This document shows, one piece after another, positions 18,530 to 28,839 of a DNA stretch of 64,000 bases. Source of the stretch: an uncultured Actinomycetes bacterium (lineage in GTDB: Bacteria; Actinomycetota; UBA4738; JBBDHU01); assembly GCA_964640385.1 (NCBI GenBank), contig CAZXFL010000005.1:50965-114964 (forward strand), given 5' to 3'. The notes under the pieces are model-generated. The model was not told the origin of the DNA. It made no database searches and worked only from the letters and a program-made list of their open reading frames with translations. Every line of letters starts with the position of its first letter. The stretch's first letter is position 1. The translations under genes and the position numbers were made by a program.

Positions 18530-21500
18530 TCAGTCGGACTGCCCCGTCGCGACCCGCAGACCTTCGCCGTCGGGCAGGTAGACGCGGAACGAAGCGCCAC
18601 CCCCCTCGCGGTCCTCGATCCAGACGCGTCCCCCGTGCAGTTCGGTGAACCGCGCGACCAGGGATAGGCCGATCCCGACGCCCGGGGAGTGGGCGATGTC
18701 GGCCGCGTGTCCCTGCTGGAAAGGTTCGAAGACCGCCTCCCTCAGTTCTTCGACAACGCCGGGGCCGGCGTCCTCCACCGAGATGAGCGCGCCCGACTCG
18801 AACGGCCGGACCCGGACCCAGATCTGGGTCCCCCTCGGCGTGTGTCGGGCGGCGTTCGCCAGCAGGTTCTCCACGATCCGCTCGACCTTGGCCAGGTCGA
18901 CGGCCGCGATCACGGGATCGGCTTCGACGATCACGGGATGGTCCCCCATGAACTCGGCCTCATCAACCACCTTGCGGACGAGGAACCCGACGTCCGTGCG
19001 ATTGAGCTTCAGGCCCAGCACGCCGCGCGTGAGCCGGTCCAGATCGAGCAGGTCCACAACCATGCGATCGAGCTTCCGCGCGTTCGTCGCGATGCGTCGC
19101 GCGAGATCTTTCGTCTCGGCCGCATCCAGCTCGACGTCCTCCCGCTCGAGGGTCAACGCCAGCCCGAGGACGGCGGCCAACGGGGTTCGCAGGTCGTGCG
19201 ACACCGCGGTAAGGAACGTGTTCTTCATCTCGTCGAGGGCACGGAGCTGCTCGCCGGCCTGCCGTTCCATGTCCAGTGCGTGCGCAAGCTCCTCCTCCGC
19301 CCGCTTGCGCTCCGTGATGTCGATCAGGAGGCCGAGCCAATACGCCGGGGACCCGTCGTCGGCAAGGACCAGGATGGACTCGTCACGCACCCAGACCGTG
19401 TGCCCGTCACGGTGCACCATCCGGTAGTCCATCGCGAACGGATCGCCGGTCTCGTTCGTGCGCTTGGATTCCTCGACCACGAGATCCCGATCGTCCGGGT
19501 GCAGCCGCTGGACCCACAGGCCCGGCTCGGCGATCCGCTCCTCCGGCGTGTAGCCCAGCAGGTCCTTCAGCTGCGGACTGATGTAGAGGGCCGTCGACAG
19601 ATCGTCCACGGCGTCCATGTAGACGACGGCCGGCGTGCGCTCGACGAGTTGCCGGTATCGTTCCTCCGCCTCGCGCAACTGTTGTTCCGCGCGCTGCCGC
19701 CGGATGGCGGTGCCGATGATGCCGGCGGCCGTCCGGAGCGCCTCGATCTCGGTCTGCGACCACACCCGGTCCTGCAGGCACTCGTCGAACCCGAGGAAAC
19801 CCCACCACTCGTCGTCGACGAAGACCGGCACGACGAGGATCGACCTGATGTCCTGCTGCTCCAGCGGGCGGCGCTCGACCTCCGGGAACTCGGACACGAT
19901 GCCCGTGATGACCCCGCCGGTCGACAGGGTATCGACCCATCGCTGGAACTTCCGCGCGAGCGGCAGGTCGTGCAGCGTCGGGTTGTCGAGTTCGGGACGG
20001 ATGCCCTCGGCCGCCCACTCGCGCGTCATGGTCGTCAGCAGGATCCCCGTGTCGATGTGGTTCTCGAAGACGTAGACACGACTCGCCTCCGCGGCCTCCC
20101 CGAGCCGCTCCAGTACCGAGTCGAGCGACTCGTCCCACGCGTGCGTGTGCAGGAAACGCTCGGCCACGTCGCCGACCGACTGCAGGATCGAATCGCGCCG
20201 CTGTAGGTCGTCCTCCGACCGCTTTCGTTCGGTGATGTCGAACATGACGCCTTGCCAGTACCGGGTGTCCTCGGCGGTCATCAACACCGACGCCTCTTCC
20301 TGGATCCAGACTTCACGGCCATCCCGCGCGATGATCCGGTACTCGGACGAGTACGGCTCGCCGGTCTTGACCGTCACCTCGTCGTACGCGAGGATGCGTT
20401 CGCGATCGTCGGGGTGAAGGAGCCGTAGCCACAGGTCGGAGCCCACCCATTCTTCCGGCGGATAGCCGCTGATCGCCTCGATCTGAGGGCTGACATAGGT
20501 CATCGCCCACCCGACCTCACTGTCGTCCTCCTTGTCGATAAAGGTCACCGCGGGGATGCGCTCGATCAGCGAGCGATATCGCTTCTCGGTCTCGCGCAGC
20601 TCATCTTCGACGCGCTTGCGCTCGGTGATGTCGAACATCACGCCGTGCCAGATCTGCGTGTGATTCTCGGGATCCTCGCGAACCAGGACGGATTCATCGT
20701 GGAACCACAGGACCTCGCCCTGTTTCGTCCGGACCCGGTATTCCTGCTTGTAGGACTCCCGAGCCTTGGCGGTGCGCGCCGACTCCTCGAACACGCACTC
20801 GCGGTCGTCGGGGTGCACGATGGCGTCCCAGAACTGATCCGCGCTGTTCTCGAAGTCGCCCAGGTCGAAGCCCAGGATCTCCTCTGCCTGCGGGCTGAGG
20901 TAGATCATCGAACCGTCGCCGTACTCGCCACGCGGGACCATCTCTTGGTACGTGATAGCCGGGAGCCGTTCGACGAGCTGCCGGTACTTCGTCTCGGCGG
21001 CGCGCAACTCCTCCTCCGCATGCCGGCGCTCGCTGATGTCGACCACCACGCCGAACCAGTGGAGTGGCTCCCCTTCCTCATCACGGATCAGGACCGCCTC
21101 GTCGCGGACCCATCGCCACCCTCCTTCGGGGCGCTTCACGCGGTACTCGGACAGATACGTTTCGCCGGTCTCGTTCGTCCGGCGCGACTCCTCGAGCACC
21201 AGCGGAAGATCGTCCGGATGCACCAGCCGCCGCCAGAGGCCCGGGTCGCCCTGGCGTTCCTCGAGTGAGACCCCGAATAGGCTCTCGTACTGCGGACTGA
21301 CGTACAGATCCGCGTTATCCGCACCGGGCGACTCCATGTAGATGAACGCGGGGACGTGCTCGACCACCGACGCGAGAAGCGACTCCCGCCGCTTCAGCTC
21401 GTCGGCCGCGCGTTTGTGCGCGGTAAGGTCGCGGCTGACCGACAGGACGCAGGACTCGCCGGCCAATCCGATCTTCTGGGCGGAGACCTCCGCGTAGGTC

Positions 21501-21805
21501 AGCGAGCCGTCTTTGGCCCGGAACCGCCCTTCGACGCCTTCGATGTGGCCGTCGGCGGCAAGACCTTCGGCAACGATGCTCTGGAACTCTTCGTCGGGCA
21601 GCATGTCGAACTCACCCGGCGCATGGCCGAGGACCTCATCGCGCGTCCATCCCGTGACGCGCTCGAACGCCGCGTTCACGTACAGGAAATCCTGGTCTTC
21701 CAGACGGTTGATCGCGATCGAGTTGCTGCTGGTCTCAAGCACCCGCGCGAAGAGGTCGCCGGACGATCGGAGAGCTTCCTCCACCCAGGTGAGCTCATCT
21801 GCCAT
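18530..21805 (-). CDS. Multi-PAS/PAC + GAF sensor histidine kinase (HisKA + HATPase_c)
   Basis: 1091 aa with about 6 PAS/PAC repeats. GAF-like region. H-box (AVSHDLRTPLAAV) and G-boxes at the C-terminus. No TM helices. Confidence 0.85.
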   Translation of the reverse strand: MADELTWVEEALRSSGDLFARVLETSSNSIAINRLEDQDFLYVNAAFERVTGWTRDEVLGHAPGEFDMLPDEEFQSIVAEGLAADGHIEGVEGRFRAKDGSLTYAEVSAQKIGLAGESCVLSVSRDLTAHKRAADELKRRESLLASVVEHVPAFIYMESPGADNADLYVSPQYESLFGVSLEERQGDPGLWRRLVHPDDLPLVLEESRRTNETGETYLSEYRVKRPEGGWRWVRDEAVLIRDEEGEPLHWFGVVVDISERRHAEEELRAAETKYRQLVERLPAITYQEMVPRGEYGDGSMIYLSPQAEEILGFDLGDFENSADQFWDAIVHPDDRECVFEESARTAKARESYKQEYRVRTKQGEVLWFHDESVLVREDPENHTQIWHGVMFDITERKRVEDELRETEKRYRSLIERIPAVTFIDKEDDSEVGWAMTYVSPQIEAISGYPPEEWVGSDLWLRLLHPDDRERILAYDEVTVKTGEPYSSEYRIIARDGREVWIQEEASVLMTAEDTRYWQGVMFDITERKRSEDDLQRRDSILQSVGDVAERFLHTHAWDESLDSVLERLGEAAEASRVYVFENHIDTGILLTTMTREWAAEGIRPELDNPTLHDLPLARKFQRWVDTLSTGGVITGIVSEFPEVERRPLEQQDIRSILVVPVFVDDEWWGFLGFDECLQDRVWSQTEIEALRTAAGIIGTAIRRQRAEQQLREAEERYRQLVERTPAVVYMDAVDDLSTALYISPQLKDLLGYTPEERIAEPGLWVQRLHPDDRDLVVEESKRTNETGDPFAMDYRMVHRDGHTVWVRDESILVLADDGSPAYWLGLLIDITERKRAEEELAHALDMERQAGEQLRALDEMKNTFLTAVSHDLRTPLAAVLGLALTLEREDVELDAAETKDLARRIATNARKLDRMVVDLLDLDRLTRGVLGLKLNRTDVGFLVRKVVDEAEFMGDHPVIVEADPVIAAVDLAKVERIVENLLANAARHTPRGTQIWVRVRPFESGALISVEDAGPGVVEELREAVFEPFQQGHAADIAHSPGVGIGLSLVARFTELHGGRVWIEDREGGGASFRVYLPDGEGLRVATGQSD

Positions 21806-21905
21806 GGCGTAGCTCCGACCCAGACGACCTGCTGTTCACCGTAGCATGCCCCTTCGCGGTACGGTTACCCGGAAACTGCAGGTCAGACTACACGTGGGAG
21901 GTTCC

Positions 21906-22916
21906 GTGAGGACCGGCTACGGACTCATCACCGCGCAGCGCTACCCGGGCGACGATCGCTCGGATGCCGAGCTGTATCGCGAGGTGCTGGACCTCGCCGT
22001 CGAGGCCGAGTCGCTCGGGTTCGACTCGGTGTGGACGACCGAACATCATTTCGCCGACGACGCATACATGCCGTCGGTCCTGCCGGTATCGGCCGCGATC
22101 GCCGCGGTGACCGAGCACATCGAGATCGGGACCGGGCTGGCGCTGGCCCCGCTGTACCAGCCGATCCGACTCGCCGAAGACGCGGCGACCATCGACGCGA
22201 TCTCCGGGGGGCGCTTCATCCTCGGGCTCGGCCTCGGCTGGCTCGACTGGGAGTTCGAGGCGCTCGGGCGGTCCCTCGGCGACCGTGCGGAGCGGATGGA
22301 GGGAGCGATCGTCACCTGCCGGCAGGCATGGGGCGAGGGCCTGGTCGAGGCTGCCGGGGTCGCGGTGACGCCGAAGCCCGCGCGTCCGGGCGGACCCCCG
22401 ATCTGGATCGGCGCGGGGGCCGAGAAGGCAGTGCGACGGGCCGCGCGCATGGCGGACGGGTGGATGGGGGGCGAGGCCGGCGTTGAGGACTTCGCCACGG
22501 CCGTCGGCTGGATCCGCGACGAGCTCGCGCTGCAAGGTCGTGACGCGAGCGACTTCGATATCGCCGGGTATTGGCCGGTGTTCACCTGGGACAGCGACGA
22601 CGCGTGGGATCTGGTCAAGCCCTACTTCCAGTACATGGAATGGAAGTACGAGGACGCAACGGGTTCGAAGGGGCGGCTCGGATCGTTGCCGCTGCCGCCG
22701 GCGCTCGACGCCGACGGTGAGGATGAACTTCGGCGGTGGATCATCTGCGGAACGCCGGAGCAGGTCACCGAACGCATCCGCCGCTACACGGACATCGCCG
22801 GCGAGCGCTTCACCTTCATCGGGCGCCAGTACTTCCCGGGGATGCCGCGCGATACGATGCGCCGCGCGACAGAGCTGTTCGCGCGCGAGGTGATCCCCGC
22901 GCTGCCCCGAGGCTAG
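21906..22916 (+). CDS. LLM-class (luciferase-like) flavin/F420-dependent oxidoreductase
   Basis: Starts with GTG at 21906 behind a GGGAGG RBS. Luciferase-like monooxygenase motifs (FDSVWTTEHHF, GRFILGLGLGW). Confidence 0.75.
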   Translation: MRTGYGLITAQRYPGDDRSDAELYREVLDLAVEAESLGFDSVWTTEHHFADDAYMPSVLPVSAAIAAVTEHIEIGTGLALAPLYQPIRLAEDAATIDAISGGRFILGLGLGWLDWEFEALGRSLGDRAERMEGAIVTCRQAWGEGLVEAAGVAVTPKPARPGGPPIWIGAGAEKAVRRAARMADGWMGGEAGVEDFATAVGWIRDELALQGRDASDFDIAGYWPVFTWDSDDAWDLVKPYFQYMEWKYEDATGSKGRLGSLPLPPALDADGEDELRRWIICGTPEQVTERIRRYTDIAGERFTFIGRQYFPGMPRDTMRRATELFAREVIPALPRG

Positions 22917-23926
22917 AACTCGCGAGTCGTGATGAAGCCGGCGATCTCCTCGAGGTCCCGCCGCGCCTCGGCGGGGATGTTGAGCTTGCCCAGACTGGTT
23001 AGCGCCAGCGCGAGTTGATCGCCTGCGGTCTTCAGCGAGGCATCGCGGCCACCGTTCTCCTCGATGATGCCGGCGGCGCGCGCGATCTCATCGTCATCGA
23101 GCCGCTCCTTCGCGAGCAACTCGCGGAGCTTGATCGCCGGAAGACCGCCACGGTCGAGCGCCGCGACCACCGGCAAGGTCTTCTTGTGCTGGCGTAGGTC
23201 ACTCCACCGCGGCTTCCCCGTGACCTCCGGCTCGCCCCAGATCCCCAGGACGTCGTCCACCGCCTGGAACGCCAGCCCGAGGTGCCGGCCGAACTCGCCG
23301 AGCCGCCGGACGGGACCCTCGCCGGCACCGCCGAGGATGGCACCGACCCGGCAGGCGCACTCCATCAGGGCGGCGGTCTTGCGCTCGAGCATCCCGAGGC
23401 ACTCGTCGATGGTCACGTCGACGCGCGTTTCGAACGAGAGGTCCTCGGCCTGCCCGGTGATCATCGCGGCGGTGGCGTCGGAAAGGGCGGAGGCGGCGGC
23501 CAGGCGTTCCTCGGTCGGCGGGTCGATCAGCAACTCGTAGGCAAGTGACAGGAGGGCGTCGCCGGCGAGGATCGCCTCTCCGATGCCGAACAGCGACCAG
23601 GCGGTCGGGCGATGACGGCGTTCGGTGTCCTCGTCCATCACGTCGTCATGCAAGAGCGAGAAGTTGTGGACGAGCTCCGCTGCGACCGCGCCGGGGACGG
23701 CCAGGGTCGGGTCCGCGCCCACGGCCTCGGCGCACGAGAACGCGAGCGCGGGCCGGACGGCCTTCCCGCCGTCGGAGGTGACCGGCCCGCCTTCGGGATC
23801 CACCCAGCCTAGGTGGTAGATGACCACCCTCCGGATGCCCGGCGAGAGCCGTTCGACGGCCTCCTGCATCCCAGGCGTCACGAGGTCGCGGGCACGGGCG
23901 AACGCAGCAGGGGCCGGAACGATCAT
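22913..23926 (-). CDS. Polyprenyl synthetase (geranylgeranyl/farnesyl diphosphate synthase family)
   Basis: Two Asp-rich motifs, LLHDDVMDED and FQAVDDVLG. Starts at Met71 of ORF 22913..24136. 338 aa. Confidence 0.8.
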   Translation of the reverse strand: MIVPAPAAFARARDLVTPGMQEAVERLSPGIRRVVIYHLGWVDPEGGPVTSDGGKAVRPALAFSCAEAVGADPTLAVPGAVAAELVHNFSLLHDDVMDEDTERRHRPTAWSLFGIGEAILAGDALLSLAYELLIDPPTEERLAAASALSDATAAMITGQAEDLSFETRVDVTIDECLGMLERKTAALMECACRVGAILGGAGEGPVRRLGEFGRHLGLAFQAVDDVLGIWGEPEVTGKPRWSDLRQHKKTLPVVAALDRGGLPAIKLRELLAKERLDDDEIARAAGIIEENGGRDASLKTAGDQLALALTSLGKLNIPAEARRDLEEIAGFITTREF

Positions 23927-24005
23927 GGCCCCACGATACCGGCGAGGGATCGATCGGGGGCCGGCCGGTGGCGCCGGCACCGCGGATGCCCCAGGATTGG
24001 GGTCC

Positions 24006-25181
24006 ATGAGCGCGACGCGGGCACGACTCGAGGAGCTCGCCGAGCGGACCCCGGCCACTCGAGACCGGTACGTGGACTTCCTCCGCGCGTTCTCGATCGT
24101 CGCCGTCGTGTTCGGCCATTGGTTCATCGGCATCAACTACTGGCAGAACGGCATCATCGGCACCCACAGCGCCATCGGCGTGACCCCCGGACTGTGGATC
24201 GTGACGTGGTTCCTGATGGTGATGCCGATCTTCTTCTTCGTCGGGGGCTTCTCGAACATGGTGACGCTACACGCCTACCGGCGACGCGGGGACTCGACCG
24301 CTTCGTTCCTGAGGAGTCGGGCGTGGCGCTTGCTGAAACCGAGCTTGGTCTTCATCGGGGTGTGGACGCTCATCCAGATCGTGCTGCATCTGACCGACAC
24401 CGGGGGGAAGGTCGCGTTCCTTCGAGGGATGCGCCCGCCGGGCGCGACGGTTCCCTTCGGGCCGATGTGGTTCTTGGCGGTCTACCTCGGCGTCATCCTC
24501 GTTTCGCCGGTCATGGCGTGGCTCCACGAGCGCTTCCGCTGGCGGGTGCCCGTGGCACTCCTCATCGGCCTCGTCGCGGTCGATGTGGCGGCATTCGGCT
24601 TCGGCCTGACCTGGATCCGGCTGCTGAACGGGGCGTTCGTCTGGCTGCTCCCCCATCAGTTGGGGTTCTTCTACGCGGACGGGACGCTCCAGCGGTGGCC
24701 GAAGCGAGCGTACGTCGCGGTCGCGGCTGCCGGGCTCGGCAGCCTCGCGATCCTGACCAACATCGGTGTCTACCCGCGGAGCATGCTGGGGACGGACGTC
24801 GAGCGCGTGTCGAACGTGAACCCTCCGACCGTCTGCATCGCCGCGGTCTCGTTGTGGATGCTCGGCGTCGCCCTGCTCCTTCGCGGACCACTCACCCGAT
24901 GGCTCCAGCGGCCGCGACCCTGGATGATCACTATCTACCTGAACAGCGTCATCATGACGTTGTTCCTGTGGCACATGACCGCCTACCTGCTCGCGATGCT
25001 GGTGCTGATGCCATTGGGGATCGGCGGCCACACCGACAGCACGACCACTTGGTGGCTCGAGCGACCGATCTGGGAGGTGGTGCCGGCCGCGTTCCTGGCG
25101 CTCCTCGTAGCGATCTTCGGACGTTTCGAGCGACCGCGCGGCCACGCACGTGGCAGGCACGAGCCCATGCGCGCACCCTGA
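24006..25181 (+). CDS. Acyltransferase family 3 integral membrane protein
   Basis: RYVDFLRAFSIVAVVFGHW plus about 10 TM helices. Starts at Met63 of ORF 23820... Confidence 0.65.
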   Translation: MSATRARLEELAERTPATRDRYVDFLRAFSIVAVVFGHWFIGINYWQNGIIGTHSAIGVTPGLWIVTWFLMVMPIFFFVGGFSNMVTLHAYRRRGDSTASFLRSRAWRLLKPSLVFIGVWTLIQIVLHLTDTGGKVAFLRGMRPPGATVPFGPMWFLAVYLGVILVSPVMAWLHERFRWRVPVALLIGLVAVDVAAFGFGLTWIRLLNGAFVWLLPHQLGFFYADGTLQRWPKRAYVAVAAAGLGSLAILTNIGVYPRSMLGTDVERVSNVNPPTVCIAAVSLWMLGVALLLRGPLTRWLQRPRPWMITIYLNSVIMTLFLWHMTAYLLAMLVLMPLGIGGHTDSTTTWWLERPIWEVVPAAFLALLVAIFGRFERPRGHARGRHEPMRAP

Positions 25182-25257
25182 AGCGAACCTCCTTCCCTTG
25201 CTGGACTCGGGAAACCTAAGGCGTAGCCTCGTCGGCAAGGGAAGGAAGGGGAAGATC

Positions 25258-26208
25258 ATGGGCCAAGAAGGTCAGGTTTCGGAACCATCCGGCAGAGCAG
25301 GATCCACGTTCCCGCTGGAGATGCTCGGGTACGTAGGACTCGCCGGCGTCGTTCTCGGCTACTTCATCCTCGTCGGGGGTCAGCAGGACCTCTTCGCGGT
25401 CGGTAGCCTCTCGATCACGCTGCTGATCGGGCTGCTCGGCATCGTGTTGCTGGGAGCCGGATGGGTCGTGAAGGGCTCCGACGAACCGATGCCGCGGCGG
25501 TTGTGCGATGTGCTGTGGCTCTTGTCCGTCGTGTTCGTCGCGAGCGCGATCGGTTCCATCATGAACAACGCGTTCGAGGGAGCGGAGAACCTCCCGCAGA
25601 TCCTCGGCAGCCTCGCCGGAGCGATCTACGCGGCGATCCTGTGGGCGATGCGTAGGCACACGCTGATGCAACTCGCCCTGTTCCTCCCCGTGCTCGGAGC
25701 CGTCACCGCGCTCGCCGATGCGCTGCCGTTCAGCAAGAGTGAAGGAGAGTTCGGATTCGAGGTCCCGGTGTTCCCGACCTCCATGCTGGCGGTCTGGATC
25801 CTGGGCGTCGTGTGGATGATGCTCGGGCGCTCCGGGAAGATCACCCCTCGCCGACCGGCGCTCGTCCTTGGGGCCATCGCCGTCCTCGTGGCGCCGATCA
25901 GCTTCGACTCGCTGCGCTGGACCGGCCTCATCCTCGGGATCATCTCCGTTATCGGCGTCTTCTACGTCGCCGCCGCGGAGGAACACGTCGGGCTGGTCGG
26001 ACTGGGGATCGTCGGCGCGTTCGTCTACGTCGCCGACATCGTGTTCGAACACCTGGCGTCGGCAGTCGACTCCCCGACGACGGTCGGCGTCCTCGTGCTC
26101 GTGATCGGCGTGGTGCTGCTCGGCTACGTCCTCATGACTCTGAGGAAGGACATCGCGCCGGCGGCCGCTGCTCCACCGGCTCCGCCTGCGCCTCCCCCTT
26201 CCATGTAG
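25258..26208 (+). CDS. Hypothetical polytopic membrane protein
   Basis: 316 aa, about 8 TM helices, with a Pro/Ala-rich tail (PAAAAPPAPPAPPPSM). GGAAGG RBS. Confidence 0.45.
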   Translation: MGQEGQVSEPSGRAGSTFPLEMLGYVGLAGVVLGYFILVGGQQDLFAVGSLSITLLIGLLGIVLLGAGWVVKGSDEPMPRRLCDVLWLLSVVFVASAIGSIMNNAFEGAENLPQILGSLAGAIYAAILWAMRRHTLMQLALFLPVLGAVTALADALPFSKSEGEFGFEVPVFPTSMLAVWILGVVWMMLGRSGKITPRRPALVLGAIAVLVAPISFDSLRWTGLILGIISVIGVFYVAAAEEHVGLVGLGIVGAFVYVADIVFEHLASAVDSPTTVGVLVLVIGVVLLGYVLMTLRKDIAPAAAAPPAPPAPPPSM

Positions 26209-26215
26209 CCCCACC

Positions 26216-26250
26216 GGAAGGCCCGCCGGTGCGCCACCGGCGGGCCTTCC
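26216..26250 (+). terminator. Perfect 16-bp GC hairpin (putative intrinsic terminator without U-tract)
   Basis: GGAAGGCCCGCCGGTG-cgc-CACCGGCGGGCCTTCC begins 8 nt after the stop of the membrane-protein gene. Confidence 0.45.
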
Positions 26251-26421
26251 GCGAACCTACGCCCGGCACTACCCGACCGAGATATCGAACTCGTGCCTCC
26301 TGTGTCGTCCGACCGAAGCCGCGATGCTATCCACCTGGCTGGCCCATCCGCCAACGCGCGGCTAGAGTCACGGGACGACTGGCGCTCAGCGGCGGCTGAA
26401 CCGAGGAGAGAGGCGCATTCC

Positions 26422-27555
26422 ATGACCGATACTCGCCTGAGCCGCCGAGACTTCATCCGCCGGACGGCGCTCACCGCCGCTGCCGTTCCCGCCGCCGGAA
26501 CGCTGCTCTCGCTCGTACCGCCGCTCGCATCGGCGGGCCCCGCGAGCCGGGCCCCTCGCCCCCGCAACGGCATCTACGTGCGCAAGAACGTGATGGACCT
26601 CACGCAGCAGGAGAAAGACGACTTCACGAACGCGATCCTCGCGCTCAAGTCGATGCCGTCTCCGTGGGACCCAGCGCTCAGCTACTACGACCAGTTCGTC
26701 TGGTGGCACAAGAAGACGTTCAACTGCGACATCGCCGCGGCACACATGGGACCCGGGTTCCTGCCGTGGCACCGTTTGTACCTCGTGTACTTGGAGGACG
26801 CCCTGAACGCGACCGGCGTCAGCATCAACCCGATCGCGATCCCCTACTGGGACTGGCCGGAGGCAGGTTCCGTCGACGTCATCTTCGCCGAGGACTTCAT
26901 GAGCCCCGAGGGTGACCCGGCGCTCGGGTACGTGATCACGGAGGGGCCCTTCCGACGGAACAACTACCGCATCAACATCTTCGATCCGCGGGTCGCCGAC
27001 TCCGTCCGCGCGACCAACCTCCGACGGCGGTTCGCCACGACGGTCGGCGGCGGCTACCCCGGCGGCATCAAGCTCCCGACGCAAGCCGAGGTCGACGCCT
27101 GCCTCGCCGTTCACCACTACGACCACGAACCCTGGGACCCAGCCTCGCCGCCCTCCAAGAGCTTCCGCAACAACATCGAGGGCTGGCGCGGGCGCACGGG
27201 GATGGAGTGCGCACCGGGCGGGATGGAGCCGACCGACGGACCACACCCGCGTTCGGTGATGCACAACGCCGTCCACCTGTGGGTCGGCGGGATCTGGGGC
27301 CCCGACGGCGGCCAGGAGGGCCAGATGGTCATGAACTCCTCGCCCAACGACCCTATCTTCTGGATCCACCACTCGAACATCGACCGGCTGTGGTGGGTCT
27401 GGGAACAGATGCACGGGATGGAGTACCGCCCGGTCACCGGCGCGATGAGGGGCCACAACCTGAACGACAAGATGTGGCCGTACAAGACGATCGGTGACCC
27501 GACCCGGATCGTCGACCTGCTCGACATCGCGCCGTGGGGCTACACGTACGCTTGA
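26422..27555 (+). CDS. Tyrosinase (type-3 copper protein) with twin-arginine (Tat) signal peptide
   Basis: SRRDFIRRTALTAAAV Tat motif. CuA His cluster (HMGPGFLPWHRLYL) and CuB (HNAVHLWVGG...FWIHHSNIDRLW). GAGGAGAGAGG RBS. Confidence 0.85.
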   Translation: MTDTRLSRRDFIRRTALTAAAVPAAGTLLSLVPPLASAGPASRAPRPRNGIYVRKNVMDLTQQEKDDFTNAILALKSMPSPWDPALSYYDQFVWWHKKTFNCDIAAAHMGPGFLPWHRLYLVYLEDALNATGVSINPIAIPYWDWPEAGSVDVIFAEDFMSPEGDPALGYVITEGPFRRNNYRINIFDPRVADSVRATNLRRRFATTVGGGYPGGIKLPTQAEVDACLAVHHYDHEPWDPASPPSKSFRNNIEGWRGRTGMECAPGGMEPTDGPHPRSVMHNAVHLWVGGIWGPDGGQEGQMVMNSSPNDPIFWIHHSNIDRLWWVWEQMHGMEYRPVTGAMRGHNLNDKMWPYKTIGDPTRIVDLLDIAPWGYTYA

Positions 27556-27570
27556 GAAGTCGGCGGTAAC

Positions 27571-28839
27571 ATGGGATGCGTGCCCCACGCACGCATACTC
27601 CCCGTCTCGCTCCGCCGGCTGACCGCAGTGGCGTTCGCCGCCTCGCTGCTCATCGGCCTGTGGCTCGTTGCCCCGGCGCGTTCGGTTATCCCGGCGAAGA
27701 CGGGCGGCGGGAAGGTCGCCGCGCCGGTAGACACCGCCGCACCAAGTTCTCCGTGGGCCAAGCGCATGAACCAGCTCATCGGCGGCCACGCGATGTCGGT
27801 CGCCGCCGGCGTCGACGGAACTTGGCTCTACCGCCATGGCGCGACGACCCGCCGGACGCCGGCCTCCAACGAGAAGTTGCTCATGGCGATGTCGATCCTG
27901 GACCGTGCGGGACCCGACCACCGGATGCCGACGATCGCCGCAACCGAGGACACCGACCTTTCCGACGATATCGTGGACGGAACGCTGTGGATCGTCGGCT
28001 CGGGCAACCCCGAGGTCGGTTCGGCGACGATGCGAGCGCTCGCGCGGAAACTCAAGGACGCAGGCATCGACGAGGTGCGCGGCCGCGTCCTCGGTTCGAC
28101 GAAGCCCTTCTCACACGACTGGATGGCGCCCGGATGGAAGTCCTACTTCCCCGGGACCTACGTGAACCTGCCGACCGCGCTGACGTTCAACTTCAACATC
28201 AACACGCGGACGCCGGAGAAGCGGGCGGCGGCGGCCTTGACCCACGACCTGCGCGGCATCAACGTGAAGGTGACGGGCACCCCCGGTTCGGGGGCGGTGC
28301 CGGCAGGAGCGGATGAGATCGTCGCCATCAGCTCCAAGCCCCTGAACGACATCCTCCGCAACACCCTGGTGCCGTCCAGCAACTTCCGGGCAGAGGTCCT
28401 CGGCAAACTCAACGGCTACCTGCGCTCCGGAGCGCCGGGGACGATCGCCAAGGGGGCCGCCGCGATCGAGGCGTTCGCCAACCAGCAAGGAGTCTCCCTC
28501 GTCGCGAACGATTCCTCAGGCCTGTCCTACAAAGATCGGGTCGCGCCCGAGGGGATGGTCACCCTCCTGTGGTACTCGCAGGACGAGCCCTGGTTCGACG
28601 AACTGCGTTTCGCGCTGCCCGGACCCGGCCAAGGGACGCTCGCCGGCCGCCTCGCCGGGGTCAAGGTCCGCGCCAAGACGGGCACGCTGACGGGCATCTC
28701 GGCGCTCTCCGGCTGGGTGTGGCTGGAGGAAACCGACGCTTGGGCGGCCTTCTCGATCATCTCCCGGGGCATGTCCAAGACCGAGGCCAGCCGGATCGAG
28801 GACGCCATCGTCAAGACGCTCCACGAGCGAGCGGCCTAG
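27571..28839 (+). CDS. D-alanyl-D-alanine carboxypeptidase/endopeptidase, PBP4 (peptidase S13) family
   Basis: SxxK (SNEK), SxN (SSN) and KTG (KTGTLTG) motifs. Signal/TM N-terminus. 422 aa. Confidence 0.7.
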   Translation: MGCVPHARILPVSLRRLTAVAFAASLLIGLWLVAPARSVIPAKTGGGKVAAPVDTAAPSSPWAKRMNQLIGGHAMSVAAGVDGTWLYRHGATTRRTPASNEKLLMAMSILDRAGPDHRMPTIAATEDTDLSDDIVDGTLWIVGSGNPEVGSATMRALARKLKDAGIDEVRGRVLGSTKPFSHDWMAPGWKSYFPGTYVNLPTALTFNFNINTRTPEKRAAAALTHDLRGINVKVTGTPGSGAVPAGADEIVAISSKPLNDILRNTLVPSSNFRAEVLGKLNGYLRSGAPGTIAKGAAAIEAFANQQGVSLVANDSSGLSYKDRVAPEGMVTLLWYSQDEPWFDELRFALPGPGQGTLAGRLAGVKVRAKTGTLTGISALSGWVWLEETDAWAAFSIISRGMSKTEASRIEDAIVKTLHERAA

